A stretch of DNA of 20,000 nt from Nematocida ausubeli. Its lineage: Eukaryota. The DNA lies in the NCBI RefSeq assembly GCF_000738915.1, contig NW_026515634.1, positions 907,659 to 927,658 of the forward strand. Reading direction: 5' to 3'. Position numbers and translations under genes: made by a program. The notes under the pieces are model-generated. The model ran no database searches, was not told the DNA's origin, and saw only the letters and a program-made list of their open reading frames with translations. The first letter of the stretch is position 1; each line of letters opens with the position of its first letter. Shown in pieces: positions 9,391-17,489 of the stretch.

Positions 9391-12060
9391 TCATGAGGTG
9401 GTAGAATTCGGGTTATATTGGCGTAGAAGCTCGTTAAACTTGGCAATAGCGTCTTCGCTAGTGCATAGCTGGTCCTTTAGCCTTTTAAGGATTTGGACAA
9501 TTTTCTTTTTATCATAATATATGAAATTACCCGGAATGTAGCTTGGATTCTGAATCGTGTTAAAGTGTATGGTAATTAACTCTATATTTAGGTTTTTCTG
9601 AAAAATGGAATACATGAACCATATATAGTGAAGATGATTTAGTATCACATCTTTCTTCTCGGAACAGCCTTGTGTTATTGCCTCACAAACTAAATCGGCA
9701 TACTTCATGTTTTGGTCTCTAAATATATATGTGTAAACATACCCATCCATCAGACAGTTTAATAATATATAAACCGCTTTCCCACTATATAAACAAAATT
9801 TCTCTACGCAGTATTTAATCCACATTATAAAAATGGATATATCGCAATCTATCACATATTCAGAAACCCCAAACCCTCCTGCGCCCTTCATAATTCTTTC
9901 ATACATTTCTTCTGACAGATTTATATTCGGGTAGCTGAGACTTTTGCTGTTTTTATTAAGCAGGCCTGTGAATGTAATTGAGGGAAGCACTTCCCTTTGA
10001 ATTCTCGGGTTATCTAGCTCTGTGCTTCCTAATATGTTGGAGGTAAACCGAACAATGGGATGCTCAGGAGATAGCTTTTGGTCCATGGTATAGACCATAG
10101 AACAGGCAACTAATCTCGCCTTATAGTCTAAATCATTGATCTTTTGTATGAGCAGCAGTCTATTTATGTCTGTGAAGTTGTTCTCAATGATTTTGCTCAC
10201 CTGTGCCCTCATAAAGTCATCAGCATCCCCATACATATCAATTTTTCTTGTCTCATAGTCAACATACGCAGAAAATAAATTTTCAACAAATTCTGTTCCA
10301 TTTTTACAGATGCCTGCAATTTCATTCAATTTCTCTATTCGATCGTCTTCGAAGTCCATAACAGCAGATCTCATGCTAGTAGTACTATGTAAGCCTGATA
10401 TTCCCAAGACTATTTTATTCTTGATCTCATTCCGCTCAAATAAAATAGCAATCTCTCCATACACATCGTATCTTCCATTACTGCACTTATAACTTTTAAT
10501 CCAAGAAAACTCTATTCCTACAATTTCTGTCTTGGATAGGCATTTAAGTAGCATCTTTGTGTACTCTTGAATATCCTTCGACAATATATCATCCAATTCT
10601 CCTTGGTTTTCCTTTAACCTCTCTAAAAAGCCAAGTATTTTGTCTTTTTCTTCTTTAGAAATATTTACTATTTCAGCAATAACCAAGAGCATGTTTATGA
10701 TGCCACAGTTTATCTCATTTCTATCTCTGCAGTATGCAATCATAGGCTCATCCAAGCACGCAACAACTTTGCACCACCTTATCTGGAACTCTGCCTTTGT
10801 TGTGTCAAATGACTTGTTCTCTTCTGGGGCGAAGAATTCTTTAAGCTCTTCAGAGACATTCCCCATGTGGTCAGTTTTATATGTAAAGTCAGATGGGTCA
10901 TATGCCAAGCAGCAGAAAAGAGAGAGAATCATGCACTCCACACAGTTGCTGTAGTTTTCTAACGGATCAGTAGAAAACTCTTTTGTTGTCGGGTCGCGCC
11001 ATGGGACAGATGTGTATGAAGGAAGTTGCGTGCTGTCTGTAAATGGAAATACCCGATATCTATTTAAAATATCTTGAGTTTTCTTCATTAGAGCCATGCA
11101 GTTTGTGCCTGCTTCTGTACTCGCAGTTTTGAAAAGTCTGTCATACACACAGTCACCTTTACTTGGTGCCTCTGTCTTTGGCGCATACTTCTCTGTCATT
11201 GTGTGCATAGTCTGTATAAACTCAATTGCACGCTGTGCTGTGTCTATGAACCCAAATATGTACGACTGGATCAGAAACTTGGAGCTGTCTAAGAACTTTC
11301 CAGACATAATCTCCTCTTTCGTACACTTGTCCTCCATTATACTAAGCACTTCATGTTTGCTTGCATTCTTCTGGAAGAAGCTGATCATTTGCTTAACTTT
11401 CTTCTGTTGGAATGTTTGTACTTTGTCTTCCACAAGGTTTTGCCATGGGATTTCCATAGGGACTGTGAAGTATATTTCTTTTTTTTTGTTTGTTTCATAT
11501 ACCTTTAGTACACTGTTGGTGACTTCAATAGGAATGTCCACTCCCTCAGAGAAAAGAAGTAGCATGGCCAGAATTTGCAATGCATGCTTTTCTGTTGTCT
11601 TTGCTCGAAGGAACTGAACAAAGGACTGGTTTCCCCGTGTCTCAATTGTTATGTCACCAGTTGGAGATGGAAACAGCTCGATCAGATGATTGTGATACTT
11701 CTCGGTATATGTATCCGTTTTATTAGTCGGGTGTTCTTTGTATGCTTTGTCCTTTTGTTCATTTCGGTTGTATGTATAATCTTCATTCTCTTCATTTTTC
11801 TTTAAAAGGTACTCTGTCTTAATCTGCGGAGCAAAGAACCTTTTGTTGTACATGCACTCCATCTTCTGGTAGATGCATCCGCGGAGGAAGTTGAGAGGCC
11901 CCTCTGGGTTTATTCTTATAGGTGTTGCATCGGTTGCAATTTCAAACTGCAGAGTGGCCTCCACCTCGTCCAATGTCATGTCTGCTCTGTGCGTGCTCAT
12001 CAGTAGAACACTGATTAAGGCAACTGCCTTGATCCAAATAACGGAAGAAATCATTTTCAT
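9391..12060 (-). CDS. Large gene family protein (NemLGF1-like) with signal peptide
   Basis: 889-aa ORF. Signal peptide-like MISSVIWIKAVALISVLLMSTHRA. Motifs INPEGPLNFLRG, YNKRFFAP, LIELFPSP, YSNCVECMILSLFCCLAYDP, RFTSNILGS are colinear with 4871-7684. Confidence 0.94.
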   Translation of the reverse strand: MKMISSVIWIKAVALISVLLMSTHRADMTLDEVEATLQFEIATDATPIRINPEGPLNFLRGCIYQKMECMYNKRFFAPQIKTEYLLKKNEENEDYTYNRNEQKDKAYKEHPTNKTDTYTEKYHNHLIELFPSPTGDITIETRGNQSFVQFLRAKTTEKHALQILAMLLLFSEGVDIPIEVTNSVLKVYETNKKKEIYFTVPMEIPWQNLVEDKVQTFQQKKVKQMISFFQKNASKHEVLSIMEDKCTKEEIMSGKFLDSSKFLIQSYIFGFIDTAQRAIEFIQTMHTMTEKYAPKTEAPSKGDCVYDRLFKTASTEAGTNCMALMKKTQDILNRYRVFPFTDSTQLPSYTSVPWRDPTTKEFSTDPLENYSNCVECMILSLFCCLAYDPSDFTYKTDHMGNVSEELKEFFAPEENKSFDTTKAEFQIRWCKVVACLDEPMIAYCRDRNEINCGIINMLLVIAEIVNISKEEKDKILGFLERLKENQGELDDILSKDIQEYTKMLLKCLSKTEIVGIEFSWIKSYKCSNGRYDVYGEIAILFERNEIKNKIVLGISGLHSTTSMRSAVMDFEDDRIEKLNEIAGICKNGTEFVENLFSAYVDYETRKIDMYGDADDFMRAQVSKIIENNFTDINRLLLIQKINDLDYKARLVACSMVYTMDQKLSPEHPIVRFTSNILGSTELDNPRIQREVLPSITFTGLLNKNSKSLSYPNINLSEEMYERIMKGAGGFGVSEYVIDCDISIFIMWIKYCVEKFCLYSGKAVYILLNCLMDGYVYTYIFRDQNMKYADLVCEAITQGCSEKKDVILNHLHYIWFMYSIFQKNLNIELITIHFNTIQNPSYIPGNFIYYDKKKIVQILKRLKDQLCTSEDAIAKFNELLRQYNPNSTTS

Positions 12061-12069
12061 TAAATAAAA

Positions 12070-12081
12070 TAAATCATTTTT
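12070..12081 (-). promoter_or_regulatory. Candidate core promoter/initiator motif AAAAATGATTTA
   Basis: Lies about 10 nt upstream of ATG 12060; identical to 7701-7712. Confidence 0.35.
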
Positions 12082-12611
12082 AATATATAGTAACGGTTAA
12101 ACTCAGGGGGAGTTGTAAGGCATTTTTATTGGTCTTTGGGCTATATACGTTGATCAATAGTTTTCACTCAATAAAAATATGTGTATATATGTTTATCCCA
12201 TTGGCTGGCCAGAGGCAAATGATATTCTAACCAGTAGATGGTGTACCATGCGGGAAGAAGTGCCATAGAGTGTGAATAGCACCTATTGCTGTGTGAGGAA
12301 CTTTTATTATTGTAGTAAAAATATTTTAAGCTCGCTCTCTTACTTAGCTGTTTAGGGCTGGCCTTGTATAGCAGATAACACTAGCAGTAGTTTATTTGTG
12401 GTGAAGTGCCCAAAAGTCTAAGTGTGCTAGAAAGAAGAGGCTGGCTTATGTGTTATGGGTTTTTCTAAGTTCTTTAAGAAACACTGTACGCATTCAAGGC
12501 TCTATTATGTGCTAGCTTTTGTTTCTATGTGCATGTGCACGCATAAATCAGATATAACCCGAAGTTCAGCTGGTGCTTTTTTATTCAGCCTATATTTATA
12601 GTATAGTGCAG

Positions 12612-13137
12612 AATATAGGCTATTGTGATGTGAGTAGAAGAAAGTGTCTGTCCGCCTGTCAATAAATCCCTGTTTCATTCTCTATTTGCCTGTAGTGTGT
12701 TACTCTCTTTATCCTCTCTTTATGTCTGACCAATGATGGTTCTTTGGAATGTGCTACTTTTCTTCTTTTCTCTGCCTCTAGTGCTTTATTTCTCTTTTTA
12801 TAACTATGTAAAATAAATTGCTTCAGAGGGCTATATGTATACTTTATTTTCCAATGTGTAGGAGAATAAAAATACAAGAAGACACTGAAAGAGAAGAAAA
12901 AGACAAAGTAGACAGATACGTAGAAATGAAAGAATAGATAGATAAGTAGAAACCATGGATGTATTGATAGGTATATACACTGATAGGACCAGCATAAGGC
13001 TCTTTTGGCAAAATACTAAAAATGCGTTCGTAGTGCAAACATATACTGATAATTCGCAAAAAAGGTGAGTAAGTTGCTGCATTGTGTAGAAAGAAATGCA
13101 AGTAAGCCTCTCTGATCACTCCTCTCATATAACCCGA
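12612..13137 (+). repeat. Intergenic element A, copy 3
   Basis: Clear similarity from ctgtcaataaat (12656) to ctctcatataacccga (13137); weaker similarity 12612-12655. Confidence 0.9.
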
Positions 13138-13432
13138 AAAAGTTATAATAGAAGCTTCAGTGTTGGCCATGTGTATAATAGAAATAGAAATGCTGGCATT
13201 TGGGTTATATGTGTGCAGGGCAGGGCCACCCGAATCAGATAAGCCATAGGAAGCTCTATTAAGTATAAAATACTTGCTGGGTATGTCCTTCGGGCCTTCA
13301 AATGCATTTTTGGCATGCCAAAAAGAGCAACAGACTAGCTAAGAAATTCGGGTTATATCTGGTTATTCAGCTATATTAAGGAGAAGATCTAAGTGATATG
13401 TAAGGTATATTAACAATGAGTATAAAAAAAGC

Positions 13433-14608
13433 ATGATAAGCGAAAGAAAGCGGAACAAAGGGTCTACAAAGAAGATTGAAATAATAGCCAAGAGTGCACT
13501 TGGAGTACTTGTCCTCGGGCTATATGCATGCGCAATCATACCCCCGAACCCAGACATGCTGCATGAAGAGCCACTGAGTATACAAGGCGAGGTAGTCGGC
13601 TGTCCAGAGCGCAGAACCGTGTGTGAAGACCGCCTCCCGAACTCGAAACAAGCAGACATGGGACCCGGCCTAAACACGTCTGCTGTGCAGCTAGACAGCT
13701 GTTTTGCAGACAGCCATGTTTTTGTCCAAAATACCCGAATTGTGTCAAAAGAAAAAAAAGGGCTTCTTAATGCAGCGCTGTACAAAATGAAGATAGCGGA
13801 AAAAGAGTGCGAAAAGGTGGCAAAAAGACTAGAAGAGCTAGAGTGCACTGTTTCTTCGGCACGCACCCTCTTCTTTCAGAGTAGAAAAAAGCTAAAGGCC
13901 CTTAAAAAGAAGTATGCAGAGTCCAATACTGCATACGACTTAGCCTATAAAGAAGCAGATGCGCAGTACTCAAAAATCGACACATGCTACAAGCTACTTA
14001 ATGTTCCCGAGGTGCCAGGCGGCATAGATGATGCATACAACGCGAAAGTAAACAAGGTTATTGCGCTATGCAAAGAGACAATTGAGTGTGCAGAATGTGA
14101 AAAGACTAAAAGAAGCACATCTGCCAAATGCCCGGGGTCTGCAAAAGAGCAAGAAAAGAGAAACGCCTGCCCAGGAGACAGCCTAATGATATGCTTATCA
14201 CAGGTTCTAGACGCTGAAAGAGAGCTGTATCGCACAATTAAGTGCAATTTAGCGATGTTTGGAAAAATATACTTCAAAGAAGAGCTGCTGCATGCAGTGA
14301 GGAGCAGAGAGATCGAGTACTTTGAAAATACAGGGTATAAGACCACCCGGTTGGAAGAGATAGTGGAGCTGCATAGAAAGCATCTGAAGTGCTCGAAGAA
14401 AAGGAATGATGCTCTAGCTTGTGTGTACAGCTGCCAGAAAGACATTGTATCCGAAACAGATAGGCTATGCAATGCGTATATAGCGTATGAGAAAGGAAAA
14501 AGTGCGCATGAAGAGCAGAAAAGAGTCTTTAGTGCAGTTAAGAGCTTGCTGTATAAAGAAAAGGAGGAGTTGGATGGGCACATCCAAATGCTGCAGCAAG
14601 AGGAATAA
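13433..14608 (+). CDS. Hypothetical protein with N-terminal signal anchor and Cys-containing coiled-coil region; paralogue of 15490-16719
   Basis: 391-aa ORF. Basic N-terminus, then hydrophobic IIAKSALGVLVLGLYACAII, a linker and K/E-rich helical sequence. KIYFKEELLHAVRSREIEYF...LEEIVELHR aligns with the next ORF. Confidence 0.88.
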   Translation: MISERKRNKGSTKKIEIIAKSALGVLVLGLYACAIIPPNPDMLHEEPLSIQGEVVGCPERRTVCEDRLPNSKQADMGPGLNTSAVQLDSCFADSHVFVQNTRIVSKEKKGLLNAALYKMKIAEKECEKVAKRLEELECTVSSARTLFFQSRKKLKALKKKYAESNTAYDLAYKEADAQYSKIDTCYKLLNVPEVPGGIDDAYNAKVNKVIALCKETIECAECEKTKRSTSAKCPGSAKEQEKRNACPGDSLMICLSQVLDAERELYRTIKCNLAMFGKIYFKEELLHAVRSREIEYFENTGYKTTRLEEIVELHRKHLKCSKKRNDALACVYSCQKDIVSETDRLCNAYIAYEKGKSAHEEQKRVFSAVKSLLYKEKEELDGHIQMLQQEE

Positions 14609-14875
14609 GTGTGCAGTCTAGGTCTATTCTTTGCCATGCATAGCACAAACAATCAGCGATTCGGATTATTTGCACAAAAGACAGAAAGGGCTTGAGGGGC
14701 TGTCTGAGCGTCTATGTGTGAGAAAGCAGAGTCTGATCAAGAATATAAGTCTACTCCTAGCAAAGAGATTCAATGGTGTGCCATCTGCTGCAGAGGCATG
14801 AGTTATTCTGGCTATTCAGGCCTATAAAAACTATATGATGTTGGGACGCAGTCAGATGCCTAGTAGTAGCCTGCC

Positions 14876-15328
14876 TAGCTGTCAATAAATACTTGTTTCA
14901 TTCTTTATTTGCTTGTAGTATGTTACTCTCCGTTTTCTTTTCTCTTTATGTCCGACTAATTATTATTCTCTAGGCTGTGAAACTTTTCTTCTTTTCCTTG
15001 CCTCTCATGTTTTATTCTCTTTTTATATAATTACACCACCATAAGGAACATATACTTTATTTCCCAATATATAAGAGAATAAAAATACAAGAAGGCACTA
15101 GAAAGAGAAGAAAAGGACAAAGTAGACAGATAAATAGAGAGTATGGATGTATTAATAGGTATATGCAGAGTTAGGACCAATAGAAGAACCCCTTTTGTAA
15201 AAATACTGTAAATGTGTTAAGAATGCAGGCATATACTGATAATTCGCAAGAAAGGTGAATGTGCTGCTGCATAGTGTAGAAAGAAAGGAAAATAACCCGA
15301 TTGACCGCCCCTCTCATATAATCCGAAT
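14876..15328 (+). repeat. Intergenic element A, copy 4
   Basis: tagctgtcaataaat through ctctcatataatccgaat is colinear with copies 1 and 3, with short internal deletions. Confidence 0.9.
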
Positions 15329-15489
15329 ATATAGATGCATTATCACTATGTTCTTTACAACTCTTTAATTTTAATTTTATATTTTTGCTAGATATACCAT
15401 AGAAATAGCTAAAGATCTAGAGAAGCACAATATCAAACAAGAAATCTAAATGATCTATAAAGTATATTAGCAGGAAATATGAAAAAAGC

Positions 15490-16719
15490 ATGGCGAGCAC
15501 AAAGAAGTCGAGCAAAGAGTCTATAAAAGAATACGTGATAATAGCCGCTGGTGTATTAGTAATAATATCAATGGTGCTATACACATGCGTAATCGCATCG
15601 CCCAACCGAGGCAAATCGCAGGAAGGTCCATTAAGTATAATAAGCGAGCTGAAGACATTTTCTACATATTCAGAAAATAGCGCAGTGTATGAAAACAAAG
15701 AGCCTGGTGATGGAGGAAGTAAAGAAGCAGGCACGCCAATACCATTTGAGCAATTGGATGATATAATAGGTGCTGGAAATACTTCTACATCTTTAGACAT
15801 GTATGCGTCAGATGAACAAAGCAATTCTTCTTCTACAAAAGAAGAAAAAGAGGTGTATGCTGGGTTGAAGAAAGTATACAAAATTCTGAATATAGTTGAG
15901 AGAGTGTGCCAAAAAGAGATAGACGCTCTAAAAGAGATGAACACTGCAGCAGATCTGATTTATAATATCTTTTTGAGAGCTAGTGAAAAACTAGCGGAAG
16001 ATAAAAAGAAGTATGAAGAATGTAATAATGAATACGAAATGATCAGTGAAAAAAAAGATGTTATAAGCGAAAAAATAAAGTACTGCAACATAGGCAATCC
16101 TTTTGGAATACTAACCGGGATATATAATGAATACAGCATGCAAATAAAAGAGATTAATACACTATATGAAGGGCTAAATAACCTAGAAAAAGAAAAAAAG
16201 TGCAAAGACGATATATACAAAGAAGCTCTTGATTATAAAAAAGAGCTAGAAAATAACATGCAGAACTCTAGAAAAGACCTCTTGAAGTACCACACGCATG
16301 TGATAGAGGTGGAGAGAAAGTTAAGTGATGTAAACAAATGCATTTTAGAGAATAATAAAAAAACATATGCCAGAGATGTGCTGTTGTGCTTAGTAAGGGG
16401 AAAAGAGGCAGAGCATTTTAAAGAAAATGAAAAAGAGATAAAGCCACTGGCTGAGATAATAGAATTGCACAGAGCCCGTATGGAATGCATAAAAGAGGGG
16501 TGTGCTATGCTAAATACTATGCATAATCTACAGAAAGACATTATATCTGCAGCTGGCGAAGTATATAGCACATACAAAGCATTTGATGCAATAAAAAGCG
16601 CAGGTGAAAGGCAAGATATTGCTTTAAACATAATTGTGAGAGTGCTGTATAAAGTACAAGAAGAGTTAAAGGGGTGTAGCTCAAAAATAAACAAATCCCG
16701 GCATGAGACTTTGGTTTAG
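15490..16719 (+). CDS. Hypothetical protein with N-terminal transmembrane anchor and coiled-coil region; paralogue of 13433-14608
   Basis: 409-aa ORF. TM segment YVIIAAGVLVIISMVLYTCVIA. KTYARDVLLCLVRGKEAEHF...LAEIIELHR and QKDI are shared with the previous ORF. The ~55 bp upstream of the ATG is also homologous. Confidence 0.9.
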   Translation: MASTKKSSKESIKEYVIIAAGVLVIISMVLYTCVIASPNRGKSQEGPLSIISELKTFSTYSENSAVYENKEPGDGGSKEAGTPIPFEQLDDIIGAGNTSTSLDMYASDEQSNSSSTKEEKEVYAGLKKVYKILNIVERVCQKEIDALKEMNTAADLIYNIFLRASEKLAEDKKKYEECNNEYEMISEKKDVISEKIKYCNIGNPFGILTGIYNEYSMQIKEINTLYEGLNNLEKEKKCKDDIYKEALDYKKELENNMQNSRKDLLKYHTHVIEVERKLSDVNKCILENNKKTYARDVLLCLVRGKEAEHFKENEKEIKPLAEIIELHRARMECIKEGCAMLNTMHNLQKDIISAAGEVYSTYKAFDAIKSAGERQDIALNIIVRVLYKVQEELKGCSSKINKSRHETLV

Positions 16720-16760
16720 TCTCTTTTCTATATAAAACAAGCTAAGAGCAAAGAAAGGCT

Positions 16761-17005
16761 GTGCATACTATGCTCAGCAGAGAATGCAGCAGTGGTACGC
16801 ATAAGCAGCCTTATGGGCCAGTAATCAGAGCTCTTTAGGCCTTTAGGAATCGGATAATATGGGGTGTGTGCTGGCAGTAATTTTGAGCTGTGTGTAGTAA
16901 TAACTAAACCTCTTATGCTATTTTTATTTTACTTTTACTAAAATTTATTTACGGCCAAGGATTCGAACTAGCTATTTGAGCTATGCTTGTAAAGAAGTAC
17001 AGAGG
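16761..17005 (+). repeat. Block C, copy 2 (3' flank of 15490-16719)
   Basis: tgcatactatgctcagcagagaatgcagcagtggta...tttactaaaatttatt...ggattcgaactagc...gctatgcttgtaaa; carries roughly 60-70 extra bases relative to copy 1. Confidence 0.75.
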
Positions 17006-17231
17006 CTTTTTAGAAGGTTACATTTATAAACCTTGTCTTTATTTGGTTTTCCATTTGTTTAAGTAGTTTTAAATGAAATATCCTCTGCTTCTAAATCCTA
17101 TCTAGACTGATCAGATTATGGGCTCTTTAATTCCTAATAATGGAAGGTTTCAATCACCTGTATCCTTCTCCATGGCGATAAAAATAAACTAAGATTATGA
17201 AATGCATCAACTGCTAGTCAGTGCATACGAT

Positions 17232-17489
17232 ACTCAATCATACAAAAATATAGAATAAATTTATTTCCTGTCATTTATTTATGCCCGCCCAGAATGGAGT
17301 TTTTTAGACAAAAAACATAAGTTTCTAGAAGATGTTTTTCATCATACTATCAGGGGATAGTTAACTATTGATCCTTAAACGAATAATGGCCAAGAGTGTA
17401 ATCCATTCAAAATGAATTATATGTAAGCAAGCAGAGCCTCTTGTAGCGTGCTTTTCTGCAGGAAAATCCCCGGAAATCAATGACCAAAA
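17232..17489. repeat. Downstream block B, copy 2 (3' of gene 17490->20000)
   Basis: Homologous to 4615-4870. Confidence 0.92.

Noticed and set aside
10310..12067. Plus-strand ORFs inside the minus-strand family genes (also 4890-7703 and 19585-19788)
   Set aside because: Antisense shadows of well-supported CDSs.
730..15328. CRISPR array, integron attC array or autonomous transposon interpretation of the repeats
   Set aside because: The repeats are hundreds of bp long, irregularly spaced and in eukaryote-like context. No cas, integrase, transposase or reverse transcriptase ORF and no target-site duplication was seen.
13363..16694. Long antisense ORFs (167, 221, 175 and 153 aa) over the coiled-coil genes
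   Set aside because: Shadow frames of K/E-rich sense genes, with S/F/L-rich composition and no independent support.
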